Below are positions 50,390 through 60,750 of a stretch of DNA of 64,000 nucleotides, one piece after another (positions within the stretch are counted from its first letter, which is position 1; each line of letters opens with the position of its first letter). Location of the stretch: contig JBJBDC010000001.1 of the NCBI GenBank assembly GCA_047285535.1, positions 128,136 to 192,135 on the forward strand, given 5' to 3'. The notes under the pieces were generated by a model, which did no database searches, was not told the origin of the DNA, and saw only the letters and a list, made by a program, of their open reading frames with translations. Position numbers and translations under genes: made by a program. Source of the stretch: Synechococcus sp. (GTDB lineage Bacteria; Cyanobacteriota; Cyanobacteriia; PCC-6307; Cyanobiaceae).

Positions 50390-51745
50390 ATGAAAACCAC
50401 CACTAACAAGACAAATAAATCAGTGCAGTTGATCTCCTCACCACTGAGAGCTTCCATAGCAATTACGCTCATTATCAGTGTCGGAGGACTACTTTGGGCA
50501 TGCTTTGCAAAAATTCCATTTTATGTTAATGGATACGCGTTATTATTGCGCAGTGGAAGTAGCCATCGTCTGCACAGTCATGCAGAAGGAGAGCTAAATC
50601 ATAATTTTAATGAACTGGGTGTTCAGCCTTCGAATCTTGATAGAGCTTTATATGAGATTACTCATCTTGGAAAAGTAGTGGATTCTAATGTTAGTGCTTC
50701 GCTTGCAGAGCAAGTCATAGAAATGACATCTAAGCGAGAACGAGATCGAGCTGGTAGATATCCTAAGAGTCATTTGTCCAAGGGATCGCTGTTAAGTTGG
50801 ATAGATTCACCAGCTGAAAGAGCTATATTAAGGGATAGTCTTGGCTATTTCAGATTAACTGAAAAGGCAAGGTTATCGACGGCTAAAGAGCTTGAAGCAA
50901 TTGATAAAAGATTGCAGCAAAAAGTCGGATTGCTGAGGAAGGAGTTGACAACTCAGAGAGGTTTTCTTAAAACAATTAAGGAGCTGAATGAGCGTGGTTT
51001 TGCGAGTAAGGTCAAGGTACTAGAAGAACAAAGCAAAGTTGATTCAATTCTCAGTGAGATACTCTCTCATCAAGAAAGGATTGCGGCTAATCAAGCTCAG
51101 CTTTTGCAAGCTGGAATTGAAGCTGAGACTGCCGGTACAGACCTTGTCAAAGATCTTAGAACTTATGCGGGCAATAATTTAATTTTTGCCGAGCATGATT
51201 TCTTTGTAACTGGAGTTTTAGCTCCAAATTTAACGCAGGTGAGGGAAAAGGATCCAGTTCTGCGAGTTTCTCTCCTTTCCCTTGACACACTTCCGGACAT
51301 TATTCCAGGCTTCCTTAGTCAGCAGTCTGCGCAACAGGTCGCTGTAGGAATGAATGTACTCGCTACTCCAATAGGAATGAGCCGTGCTCAATATGGCGGC
51401 ATGCTAGCTAAAGTATTACATGTAGAAAGACTGCCTTCTTCTATCACTCAAATTCGTGAAAGTGTTGGAAGCGAAGGTGTCGCTGATGAACTTACTGCAT
51501 TGATTCCTCAACCGACAAAAGTAGTTATTCAGCTAGAGACTGATGCTTCTACACAAGGTTCTGAAAAAGAAGGAATTAAGTGGTCTTCATCTGGAAAAAT
51601 TCCTTACACCGTCAGACAAGGTGATTTGTTAAGTATTCAAATTACAACTCAAAGAGTTCGGCCAATTAGTTTGTTGATACCTTGGCTGCGAAGCTTCACA
51701 GGTACTACTGCCCCTATGCTCACGCCAAAGAAAAAGGGTGCTTAG
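50390..51745 (+). CDS. HlyD-family secretion protein, NHLM bacteriocin-system type
   Basis: N-terminal TM (LLWACFAKIP..V.G), a coiled coil, YGGM..KV, and a C-terminal KWSSS...RPISLLIPWLRSFTG. Confidence 0.85.
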   Translation: MKTTTNKTNKSVQLISSPLRASIAITLIISVGGLLWACFAKIPFYVNGYALLLRSGSSHRLHSHAEGELNHNFNELGVQPSNLDRALYEITHLGKVVDSNVSASLAEQVIEMTSKRERDRAGRYPKSHLSKGSLLSWIDSPAERAILRDSLGYFRLTEKARLSTAKELEAIDKRLQQKVGLLRKELTTQRGFLKTIKELNERGFASKVKVLEEQSKVDSILSEILSHQERIAANQAQLLQAGIEAETAGTDLVKDLRTYAGNNLIFAEHDFFVTGVLAPNLTQVREKDPVLRVSLLSLDTLPDIIPGFLSQQSAQQVAVGMNVLATPIGMSRAQYGGMLAKVLHVERLPSSITQIRESVGSEGVADELTALIPQPTKVVIQLETDASTQGSEKEGIKWSSSGKIPYTVRQGDLLSIQITTQRVRPISLLIPWLRSFTGTTAPMLTPKKKGA

Positions 51746-53843
51746 GAGGATGAGCCAAATAGCATTTCAGAACCCAAAAAAACTCCCTCAGATTTTACAG
51801 AGTGTTGCAGCCGAGTCAGGCCCCGTTGCACTCGGAATCGCTTTAGCGTGCTATGGACGAATATGTCATTTAAGTGAATTATCTGTTGCTTGTGGTGTCA
51901 CTCGTGATGGCACCAGTCCTTCAAAATTATTGCATGCAGCTAATCAATTTGGACTCATTGGCGAGTGGGAGACAATAAACATAAAAGAATTGGAGCTTTT
52001 AGAACATAAGCCAACAATCTGTGTTGGTGATAATTGCTCCTATTTCGTCATACTCAATATTGATAAGACCACTGTTGAAATATACGATAGTCAAATTGGG
52101 CGTATTAAGAAAAGTCTGGATCAGATTAATACCACTCAAATATTGTCGCTATCTAAATCCAAGGACTTCTATGTATCCGAGTCTTCACCCTATTGGTTGA
52201 GTTGTCTGAAATTAGTCTTACCTCTGCGATGGGAGTTTGTGGCCTTGGTTCTGTTAGCCACAGGTTCAGTCATCCCTATCTTGATGATTGCAGCATGTTC
52301 CTCTCAGTTTATTGATCAGTTTCTCGAACAGAAACGCCTCTCATTCGGAGTACCAATTGTTTGGATTGCACTCTTAGCACTTGCTTTGAAATCGAGCATG
52401 AGTGTGATCAGCGATGTCCTCCTTCGGAGAATGAGTTACGTTCTTGAGAGGAAGATGGCAGATGATATTTATGAGACATTGTTTAGTCGCTCATCTTCAT
52501 TTTTAGACCTACGTAATGGTGGAGATATCGCTTCACGGTTAATGTACCCATATTATGTTCCAGGGACAGCATTCTTTGAATTTCTTGATCCCGCGCTTGA
52601 ACTTTGGACCAGCACATTTATTGTGCTTTTTTCTGCTTTCATATCATTCCCTCTCTTTTTCTTCCTTTTTCTAGGCTACGTATCAATCCTGATTTCATCA
52701 TATCGATTAACTTTAACTACTGCCAATGATTTAACCATTCTTCAAAAAAGTAATAGCCAGCGATATTCCACGGCTTTTCAAATTATTAACAACCTTGAAT
52801 CCCTTAAGGCAGGCGCAATGGAATTCGCTCTTCTTGAAAAGTGGCATTTAAATTTCGCTCAAACAATTGAAGAGAATCAGATCATTGGTAAGAAAAAAGT
52901 GATTCGCGATGTGAGCATTAATGGGGCAATATTCGTGACCCAAGTTTTACTTCTAGGTATTGGTGGGTTATTTATTATACAAGGCAGTGTATCATTGGGA
53001 AGCTTGTTAGCGTTTTTATTTATTCAAGATCAAATTGCCGATTCTCTTCATTCTATTCCTTCCATTAGTAATGGCTGGCAATCTCTACAAGGTAAATTGC
53101 TGTGGTACGATGATATTAAGCAGGCTGAACCTGATCCATGGCATAAGCCTTTTCAGCGATCTAGATTGTTGGAGCAAGTAAACCTCGAGGACTCATTCAA
53201 TATAGAACTGAAGCATGTTGTTTTCAGCTTCAGTCCCTTAAATGATCCCTTCCTTAATGATATTAATTGTGTGATAAAAAGTGGACAGCAGATATTAATA
53301 AGAGGTGGGGATGGGTGTGGTAAGACAATCTTTATGCAATTGCTTTCTGGGCTTCGCCATCCTTCGGGCGGTAGTCAATTATTGAACGGCCAACCTCTTG
53401 AAAAAGTTGATAGTCGTTTTTGGCATCAAAATGTACTCTATATCGGTGAAAAAATACCTTTGTATCAAGGAAGTATTTTGGATAACATTACTCTTTGGAG
53501 AGATGGCTGTACACCTGAAAACGCCATACAAGCTGCTTCTGTTGTTGGACTATCTGGATGGATCGATCTCTTTGAACATGGAATTGAGCATCATCTATCC
53601 AATCCAAATCAAATCTTATGCAACAGTCAGAAAATACAGTTGGGAATCGCCAGGATTTTATGTGGCCAACCTCGTGTCATGCTTATGGACCTAAATACAG
53701 CTGAGCTTAGGAGTGAAGATGAGAAGCGAATATTCTCTTTTTGTAGAGAAAAAGGAATAACACTTATAAGTCTTTCAGAACGAATCGCTGATGAGAATTT
53801 ATATGATCAGATTCTATGCCTTCAAAGAGGTTCATTGGTTTGA
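51738..53843 (+). CDS. NHLM-type ABC transporter with C39 peptidase-like domain (predicted inactive), TMD and NBD
   Basis: ILQSVAAESGPVALGIALACYG and LSVACGVTRDG. Walker A is GGDGCGKT. The signature and Walker B are degenerate. The start may be the ATG at 51750. Confidence 0.85.
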   Translation: MLRRMSQIAFQNPKKLPQILQSVAAESGPVALGIALACYGRICHLSELSVACGVTRDGTSPSKLLHAANQFGLIGEWETINIKELELLEHKPTICVGDNCSYFVILNIDKTTVEIYDSQIGRIKKSLDQINTTQILSLSKSKDFYVSESSPYWLSCLKLVLPLRWEFVALVLLATGSVIPILMIAACSSQFIDQFLEQKRLSFGVPIVWIALLALALKSSMSVISDVLLRRMSYVLERKMADDIYETLFSRSSSFLDLRNGGDIASRLMYPYYVPGTAFFEFLDPALELWTSTFIVLFSAFISFPLFFFLFLGYVSILISSYRLTLTTANDLTILQKSNSQRYSTAFQIINNLESLKAGAMEFALLEKWHLNFAQTIEENQIIGKKKVIRDVSINGAIFVTQVLLLGIGGLFIIQGSVSLGSLLAFLFIQDQIADSLHSIPSISNGWQSLQGKLLWYDDIKQAEPDPWHKPFQRSRLLEQVNLEDSFNIELKHVVFSFSPLNDPFLNDINCVIKSGQQILIRGGDGCGKTIFMQLLSGLRHPSGGSQLLNGQPLEKVDSRFWHQNVLYIGEKIPLYQGSILDNITLWRDGCTPENAIQAASVVGLSGWIDLFEHGIEHHLSNPNQILCNSQKIQLGIARILCGQPRVMLMDLNTAELRSEDEKRIFSFCREKGITLISLSERIADENLYDQILCLQRGSLV

Positions 53844-55978
53844 CTAAGGGTGATTCAAATTATCTGATTGATCTTGATAGCGAAATTTATTCGCTTCAAT
53901 CAACTTCCAGTAATGAGCCTGTCGTAGATCCTTCTTTATTGTTGCTTAGTGCCGCACTTAGGATTCTTGATGTAAAGGATAAACGTTTGGATTCCGTAGG
54001 TGTAAATGGAGATATTCTTGCTTATATTGAATTTAATAATATCTACTGCCGGAGGGTTTTGCGACCTTCTGAATTGGAGTATGGAGACTACCCTCTCCTT
54101 TTGCTGTTCAATGCGGTTGATTCAACTCCCTATTTGTTAGTACGTGAAGGTATACAAAATCGACTTTTGACGATTCAAGATGGCAAGATTTGCAAACTGC
54201 CGAGAAATCTATGGCCTGAGTTTAAAGACAATGCCTATGAGCTGCATGCTAGTTTTCGCGACAAAGCTTCTGGCATCGCTGAAGTACTGAGGCTGGCCTA
54301 TAAACCTGAGCTCAAAGCCATCGCTTTACTGCTGCTTATTTCTTGCTTTGTCCTTGCATTTAGTCTTTCAATACCGCTTCTCACCAGTGCTTTGGTTTCA
54401 ACGGTTCTCCCTGAAGCTAATTTAGCATTTCTTGCTGAATGTCTCATTGTTGTTGGTCTCATTGTTGTTGTTTCCATTACCAGTCAGTACTTGCAAGAGA
54501 TGATGATTCTTCGATTGGAGACGATTGGTAATCAGCGACTACAGTTTGGAATGTGGGAGTTTTTCCTGAAGTTACCAGTTTCTTTTGCTGATAATAGACG
54601 CAGCGGTGATATTTATGCGGGTGTTAGTGCAATATCTAAAATTCGTACTTACGTAGGGGCAGGTTCACTAAAGTCAGGGCTTTCAGCACTCTTTTCGGTC
54701 GCTTTTCTCGCCTTAATGTTTCAATATAATCAAATCCTAGCATTTTGGTCGGTTGTATTGGTTGTTGTTGTTTTGTTAATTGTTTTTCAGATTGCTCGTA
54801 GAGCGATACGTCTCAATCAAGAGGTGTTTGATATCAAGAGCAGCCTGAATGGAATCAGTGATGAACTGGGATCTAGCGTTTTTGACATTCGGTCGATTAA
54901 TGCAGAGATCCCTTTCTTGCGGCGTTGGATGCATGATTTCACAAGCATGGCAAAGATTTCAATGCAACTTGACTTTCACAATCAATGCATCGATGTGATT
55001 CTCACCTCACTAAGCCCTCTTGGATCAGTACTTCTTTTTTATGTGGCTGTTATGCAAATCCTTAATGATCCAGACTCTATTAATGATCCTCGTCTTGTTG
55101 GTAGCTTTATTGCGTTCTACTCAGCCTTCATTGCGTTTAGCTCGTCAATTGCTGATGTGGCTACTAATTTCACCGATGTTTTTGCTAATGTATCAGTTCT
55201 TTGGCGTAAGGCAAGAGTTGTTTTAGATGCAAACATTGAACCTGGTTGGAAAGTTAATGTTGCCAATCATTCGTTTCGTGGGAGTATCAAATTTAATGAA
55301 GTGAACATTCAGCCAGATGGTCTACGTAAGCCGTTGCTTCAAAATATTTCTTTTGATATTTCTCCTGGTAAAATTTTGGCCATTGTAGGGAAAAAGGCTG
55401 GAGGAAAGTCTTTGCTCCTAAAATCAATTGTAGGTCTGGTTGTCCCTCGAAGTGGAGAGGTTTTAATAGATGGTATCCCAATACAGAAAGTGTCAGCTCG
55501 TGGGTTACGCAGACAGGTTGGATATATTCGCCAAGAGATGCTGTTAGAAGATATTTCTATCCGAGATTTGTTATGTGGGATTCATAATTATCCTGATTCT
55601 CTTCTGTGGGAAACTCTTGAGTTGCTCGGTCTGGAAGAGCGTATACGTGCATTGCCGCAACAGTTGGATTCAGTACTTTGCGACGGTGGTGATCCACTTT
55701 CACGTGGCGAAAGAAAGCTTTTAGCGCTTGCACGTTGCCTGCTGAGAAAGCCTGCGGCTCTTTTGCTTGATGAATTGTTGGTCGGATTGTCTGCAAAATA
55801 TCATTCAAAGTTGATAGATCTGATTCAAGCTCAAAATTGTACTGTTGTCATGATACCTAGTTTTTGGTCAGAACTTAAAATTGTTGATCATTTGCTTGTG
55901 CTTGACGATGGAGTGATTAGATTCACTGGTAGAGCGGATGACCCTTGTTTGGATAAAACATGCATTGATCTGCAATAA
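53816..55978 (+). CDS. NHLM-type second ABC transporter (permease/ATP-binding)
   Basis: RLETIGNQRLQFGMWEFFLKLPVSF, GSFIAFYSAF, GKKAGGKS, LSRGE, LLLDE. Confidence 0.85.
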   Translation: MPSKRFIGLTKGDSNYLIDLDSEIYSLQSTSSNEPVVDPSLLLLSAALRILDVKDKRLDSVGVNGDILAYIEFNNIYCRRVLRPSELEYGDYPLLLLFNAVDSTPYLLVREGIQNRLLTIQDGKICKLPRNLWPEFKDNAYELHASFRDKASGIAEVLRLAYKPELKAIALLLLISCFVLAFSLSIPLLTSALVSTVLPEANLAFLAECLIVVGLIVVVSITSQYLQEMMILRLETIGNQRLQFGMWEFFLKLPVSFADNRRSGDIYAGVSAISKIRTYVGAGSLKSGLSALFSVAFLALMFQYNQILAFWSVVLVVVVLLIVFQIARRAIRLNQEVFDIKSSLNGISDELGSSVFDIRSINAEIPFLRRWMHDFTSMAKISMQLDFHNQCIDVILTSLSPLGSVLLFYVAVMQILNDPDSINDPRLVGSFIAFYSAFIAFSSSIADVATNFTDVFANVSVLWRKARVVLDANIEPGWKVNVANHSFRGSIKFNEVNIQPDGLRKPLLQNISFDISPGKILAIVGKKAGGKSLLLKSIVGLVVPRSGEVLIDGIPIQKVSARGLRRQVGYIRQEMLLEDISIRDLLCGIHNYPDSLLWETLELLGLEERIRALPQQLDSVLCDGGDPLSRGERKLLALARCLLRKPAALLLDELLVGLSAKYHSKLIDLIQAQNCTVVMIPSFWSELKIVDHLLVLDDGVIRFTGRADDPCLDKTCIDLQ

Positions 55979-56273
55979 AGAGATTCCTTTGGTTGTGATT
56001 TGTATTTATTGTTTGGCCTTCTTGCTCGTTCCCTCTAGTCCTTTGGCCTTGGAATCATGCTGCCTTCTGACTCCTCGTATGGCTTTGAGTATTCCAGCAA
56101 TCATGACAGGATTTGCTGAATCTGTTTCCAAGGAAGAGCAGGCCTCGGCGATCGGTTGTGCGATGTCACTCTTCACCCTTGCTGCTGCCATTGTTCTTTT
56201 TTCGATTGATCGCGATTTGCTTCTGTTAGGCCGCAAACACCATTTTGATTGGCCATTTCCTGTGGTTTGCTAA
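55979..56273 (+). pseudogene. C-terminal fragment of an MFS transporter
   Basis: PAIMTGFAESVSKEEQASAIGCAMSLFTLAAAI resembles the MFS TM10-loop-TM11 motif (P....S..V...EQG.A.G...S). Confidence 0.5.
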
Positions 56274-56398
56274 CAGTTTGATGTTGATTTTGTATTTGTT
56301 GAATTGAATTATTTCGATCAAAATAAAGTCAAAAGTCCTGCGATATTGGTTTGTTTCCGAATATTATTGGCAATCCTCGCTGGTTTTCTTTTTGCTCC

Positions 56399-59386
56399 TT
56401 ATTTGCATTCCATCCAATTCTCACCACTGCCTGTTTCCACCTCGAGCGGCACAGAAAGCTTGATCGCATTCTTCATCGTTTTCACGACGAGCTTCTGCAC
56501 AACATTGAGGGCTTCTGGGTCCACTTCCAGAACGAGTTCATCATGAACCTGCAACAGCAGTCGCGCGGGAAGATTGTGGCAATCGAGCTCGGCCTGGAGC
56601 TGCACCATGGCCAGTTTGATGATGTCGGCGCTGGAGCCCTGAATGGGGGCATTGGCCGCAGCACGCAGTTGCTGGGCCTCCATTCCCCCTCGTCGTGCCA
56701 GCTCCAAATCGATCTCGAGAGGATCCATGCCTTTAAGGCGTCCGAGTCCATTGCGATCAAAGTGGAAGGGGCGTCTGCGCCCCAGGATGGTTTCCACATA
56801 GCCCTGACTCAGAGCTAGGCGTTCCTGTAGTTCCAGAAAGGCAAAAATTTTGGGATAGCGTTGTTTGTATTGGCTCAAAAACTCTTTGGCTTCGTTGGAA
56901 CTCACGCCTGTTTCGCGGGCGAATCGCTGGGGCCCCATGCCATACACCACACCGAAGTTGATTGTTTTTCCCAACCGCCTTTCGTCGGCATTCACCTCTT
57001 TTTTGTTGAGCAGCAAGCGTGCCGTTAGCGCATGGACATCGTCCCCATGGCGGTAAGCCTCTTGCAGCACCTCTTCGCCAGAGAGGTGAGTCAGAATGCG
57101 GAGTTCGATCTGGGAATAGTCGGCACTGAGGAGGGTCCACCTCTCTTGAGGCAAAAACGCTTTGCGAATGCGTCGGGAAAATTCCGTGCGCACCGGAATG
57201 TTTTGCAGATTGGGGTTGCTACTACTGAGCCGTCCGGTTGCTGTGACGGCTTGATTGAAATCGGTATGAACCCGACCGGTTTCCTCTTCCACCAGTTGAG
57301 GTAAAGCATCCACGTAGGTGCTTTTCAATTTGCTGAGAACCCGATGTTCAAGCACCAGGGGGACCACCGGATGATCCTGTTCCAGCTTTTCGAGCACGTT
57401 GGCATCGGTGCTGTATCCGGTTTTGGTGCGGCGTGATTTCTTGCGATCCAGTCCGAGTGTGTTGAACAGCAAGTCGCCCAGTTGTTTGGGTGAAGCCAGG
57501 TTGAAATCCACTTGGGCAACCTCTTTGGCTTTGCGTTCCAGTTGTTCAAGCGTGGAGCCGATTTCACTCGAGAGAGCGGCCAGGTAGGGCTGATCAATGC
57601 GAATGCCCGTTGCTTCCATCAGGGCCAGCACTGGCTCGAGAGGGAGTTCAACTCTGCTGAGCAAGTCCGGTAGTTTGGGACCGAAAGCCTCCAGTTGGTG
57701 TCGGAGGTCGATCGCGAGTTTGCGGGTGAGATACACATCCATGCCGCAGTACTGGGCTGCCTGTCCCAACGGCACCTGCTCGAACCGGCTCACTTTCCCG
57801 TCCTTGGTTTTGCCCACCAAGTCGCTGAACAGGGTTGGACTGATGCCGTAATCCCGCTTGGCCATCACATCCAACCCGTGCTTGGCTGTCGCATCACGGA
57901 GATAATCAGCCAACAGGGTGTCCATCACCACCCCTGCAAGGGTCAGTCCGTGGCGCAACAGAATCAGTCGATCGTATTTAGCGTTCTGAAGTGCTTTGGG
58001 GTGTTCGCCACTGGCCAGCCAGGGTGAAAAAGCTTCAAGCACCGTTTCCAGTGAGAGCTGCTCTGGGGCAGGATCTGCATGATGACTCACTGGGATGTAA
58101 GCCAGATCGCTGACCGCTGGTCCCCAGCAGACGCCAACTCCCACGAGTTGGGCCCTGAATGGATTGAGATCGCTGGTTTCAGTGTCAAGGGCAACGGGTT
58201 CCAATGGGTCAACGCAGGCCATCAACCGCTGCATGAGTATTTTGAGCTGGCTGATGTTTTGTACGAGTTGGGGGTGCAAGACCGGTTTGGTTTGGTCGGT
58301 ATCAGGGGCGGCAGTCGTTTCTGTGATGAATGACTCAGCTGCAGCTGTGGTTGTAGGAACTTCCGTTTTTTTGCTTGTCTCCTCAACTGAGCTGAGGAGA
58401 TGGCTATTGGCGCCTAAGCCACCACTGGAAAAAGTGGCCACAAAGTTGGGGACCTGCCGAATCAGGCTGTTCAGCTCTAGTTCTTGAAGACGCTGACTCA
58501 GTCCATCACCATCGACGCTGCCAAGAGCAAGTTCTGGATCCTCAGGCAGAGGAATATTCACCAGGATCTCAGCGAGGTGTCGTGAGAGATAGGCGTTGTC
58601 CTTGTCGTTGGCCAGTTTGCCTTTTAGTGCTCCTTTGATTGCTCCTCGACTCGCTTTTGGCCCTTCCTTTTCCACTTCGGCGAGGGCTCGATAGACCCCA
58701 TCGAGATCCTCGTTTTCTCTCAGAAGATTGATGGCAGTTTTCGGGCCGACGCCTCTTACTCCAGGGATGTTGTCGGAACTGTCACCCGTGAGAGCCTTGA
58801 GATCAATCACTTTTGCTGGAACTACGCCTAGCTTGGCCAGCACACCGGCTTCATCAATCAAGGTGGGTCCACTACTTTTGGCATAAGGACCGCCTCCCAT
58901 GTAGAGAACGGCGATGTTGCGGCTGTCGTCTACGAGTTGAAATAAATCGCGATCGCCGCTGAGGATGCGAACGCTCCAGCCCTCTGATGCTGCGCGGTTG
59001 GCCAAGGTGCCGAGTACATCGTCGGCTTCAAAGCCAGGCGCTTGATAAAGAGGAAGTTGGAGTTGAGTTCTAAGAATCTCTTGAAGCTGCTCAAGGTCCT
59101 GAAAGAAAACCTCGGGTGCCACATCCCGATGCGCTTTGTAGTTTGGATCAGCTTTGTGGCGGAATGTTGGTTCTGCGGTGTCGAAGGCGATCGTCACACT
59201 GGCAGGCTTGAGTCCTTTGCAGTTATCCAGTAATGCCTTGAGAAACCCATATGTGACGCTCGTGGGAATTCCGTCCTTCGTACTGAGTCCGCCTTCTCCG
59301 CCTTTGCTGAAAGCGTAAAAACTGCGGAAGGCCAGTGAGTGCCCGTCCACCAGCAGCAGCAGGGGTTGATCTGGGGAGGTGCTCAT
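56399..59386 (-). CDS. polA: DNA polymerase I
   Basis: LVDGHSLAFRSFYA, GDSSDNIPGV, TGRLSSSNPNLQNIP, DYSQIELR, LLQVHDELV. Confidence 0.99.
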   Translation of the reverse strand: MSTSPDQPLLLLVDGHSLAFRSFYAFSKGGEGGLSTKDGIPTSVTYGFLKALLDNCKGLKPASVTIAFDTAEPTFRHKADPNYKAHRDVAPEVFFQDLEQLQEILRTQLQLPLYQAPGFEADDVLGTLANRAASEGWSVRILSGDRDLFQLVDDSRNIAVLYMGGGPYAKSSGPTLIDEAGVLAKLGVVPAKVIDLKALTGDSSDNIPGVRGVGPKTAINLLRENEDLDGVYRALAEVEKEGPKASRGAIKGALKGKLANDKDNAYLSRHLAEILVNIPLPEDPELALGSVDGDGLSQRLQELELNSLIRQVPNFVATFSSGGLGANSHLLSSVEETSKKTEVPTTTAAAESFITETTAAPDTDQTKPVLHPQLVQNISQLKILMQRLMACVDPLEPVALDTETSDLNPFRAQLVGVGVCWGPAVSDLAYIPVSHHADPAPEQLSLETVLEAFSPWLASGEHPKALQNAKYDRLILLRHGLTLAGVVMDTLLADYLRDATAKHGLDVMAKRDYGISPTLFSDLVGKTKDGKVSRFEQVPLGQAAQYCGMDVYLTRKLAIDLRHQLEAFGPKLPDLLSRVELPLEPVLALMEATGIRIDQPYLAALSSEIGSTLEQLERKAKEVAQVDFNLASPKQLGDLLFNTLGLDRKKSRRTKTGYSTDANVLEKLEQDHPVVPLVLEHRVLSKLKSTYVDALPQLVEEETGRVHTDFNQAVTATGRLSSSNPNLQNIPVRTEFSRRIRKAFLPQERWTLLSADYSQIELRILTHLSGEEVLQEAYRHGDDVHALTARLLLNKKEVNADERRLGKTINFGVVYGMGPQRFARETGVSSNEAKEFLSQYKQRYPKIFAFLELQERLALSQGYVETILGRRRPFHFDRNGLGRLKGMDPLEIDLELARRGGMEAQQLRAAANAPIQGSSADIIKLAMVQLQAELDCHNLPARLLLQVHDELVLEVDPEALNVVQKLVVKTMKNAIKLSVPLEVETGSGENWMECK

Positions 59387-59409
59387 GGGTTTGGCGGGGT
59401 TTGGCAGTT

Positions 59410-60582
59410 TCAGTCGCGTTGTTTCGCCCAGGGAGGTAAATCGATGAACACCCTGGTGCCCGGTTGAACTCCCGAGAGAATCGCACTCTGGCTGCCGCCG
59501 CTGGAGCCCAGTTCAACGGACTGGAAGGTTGGCTGGTCGTTTTTTCCCACCAGAAGTACCCCTGGTTTGCCGTTTTCCGTGACGATGGCGACGGTCGGAA
59601 CCAGAGTGCTCGGTGCCGTACGCCCGGTCTGAAAGTTCACATCTGCAGTCATCCCGATGCGAAGCATGGGCGGTGGATTTATCGGAGTTAATTCCACCTC
59701 GAAAGAGATGACGTTGTTTGTGTTTGCGGCGCGTGGGGCGATGTCACGGACCTCTGCTGCAAAGCTCTGATCTGGAAAGGCATCGACGCGAATATCAGCG
59801 ATCTGCCCGATTTTGATACGACCGATATCACTTTCTGGCACTTTCGCTGTGACTTCAAGGCCGTGAGAGAGCTCAACGATGGATGAGCTTGTTGCACCTG
59901 CTGTCGAGGATGCAGTCGTGGTGGGTGTCACAAATGAGCCTGGTTCGGCATAGCGCTCTGTGATGGTGCCGCTGAATGGAGCCCTGATCAGAAAGTCGCC
60001 ACCTTCTACATTGAGCTGCTCAATGCGTTCCTGTGCTGCTTCCAAAGTGGCCTTGCTACTGAGATAACTGGCTCGAAAATCATCAATGTCTGCTTCACTA
60101 ATCGCACCAGTGGAGAACAATTTTTGTCGCCGCTGATAGTCAGATTTTTTGGCCTCAAAGTCAGCTTTTGCTTGACGTGCTAGGGCCTTGACCTCATCCA
60201 TGCGGTCTTGAAAGTCTCCTCGGTCCATCCGAGCAAGTACCTGTCCTTCTTGAACGATGTCCCCTTCATCAACGAGAAGCGCTTCAAGCAATCCTTGATG
60301 TTTAGGGCTCACATTGACACGGCGGATGGGCTCTAACTCTCCGCTAGCTGTGATGACGCCAGGAAGGGATCCACGGGTGGCTTTGACGGTGTAATTGGAG
60401 AGATCACGGTTTCCAGTGCGGCCACTACCGAGCACCCAAATCAAGATTCCACCGCCCAAAAGGACCGTTACAGCAGCAATGATCAGACGATTTCGACGCC
60501 GTCGCTGTCCGCTTAAACGCGTGATTGAACTCAAGTCATGCTCCTTGGAGAGGGATGGGGCTTGCCGTTGCGGGAGGACCAC
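59410..60582 (-). CDS. Efflux RND transporter periplasmic adaptor subunit (MacA-like)
   Basis: N-terminal TM, ASGEL..VNVSPK, IRAPFSG, VPESDIGRIKIGQ, LRIGMTADV. Confidence 0.92.
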   Translation of the reverse strand: MVLPQRQAPSLSKEHDLSSITRLSGQRRRRNRLIIAAVTVLLGGGILIWVLGSGRTGNRDLSNYTVKATRGSLPGVITASGELEPIRRVNVSPKHQGLLEALLVDEGDIVQEGQVLARMDRGDFQDRMDEVKALARQAKADFEAKKSDYQRRQKLFSTGAISEADIDDFRASYLSSKATLEAAQERIEQLNVEGGDFLIRAPFSGTITERYAEPGSFVTPTTTASSTAGATSSSIVELSHGLEVTAKVPESDIGRIKIGQIADIRVDAFPDQSFAAEVRDIAPRAANTNNVISFEVELTPINPPPMLRIGMTADVNFQTGRTAPSTLVPTVAIVTENGKPGVLLVGKNDQPTFQSVELGSSGGSQSAILSGVQPGTRVFIDLPPWAKQRD

Positions 60583-60750
60583 GACACTGGCTGTATCAGA
60601 ACTTCACATGCAGTTTCGCCTGTGCGCTGACAAATTGACAGGTTTAGCCAAGGTTTGCACGTATCAGAAACGCAGAAGTCTCGGAAACGTCCCTTTGGGT
60701 GGCTTTGCCGTCGTTGATTCTGTCTTGGCTTTGTGGATAGATTTGCCCTC

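Noticed and set aside
48246..55968. 9-bp direct repeat ATGCATTGA near both ends of island 2 as an att site or target duplication
   Set aside because: It is too short to exceed chance in AT-rich DNA, the right copy lies inside a CDS, and there is no recombinase.
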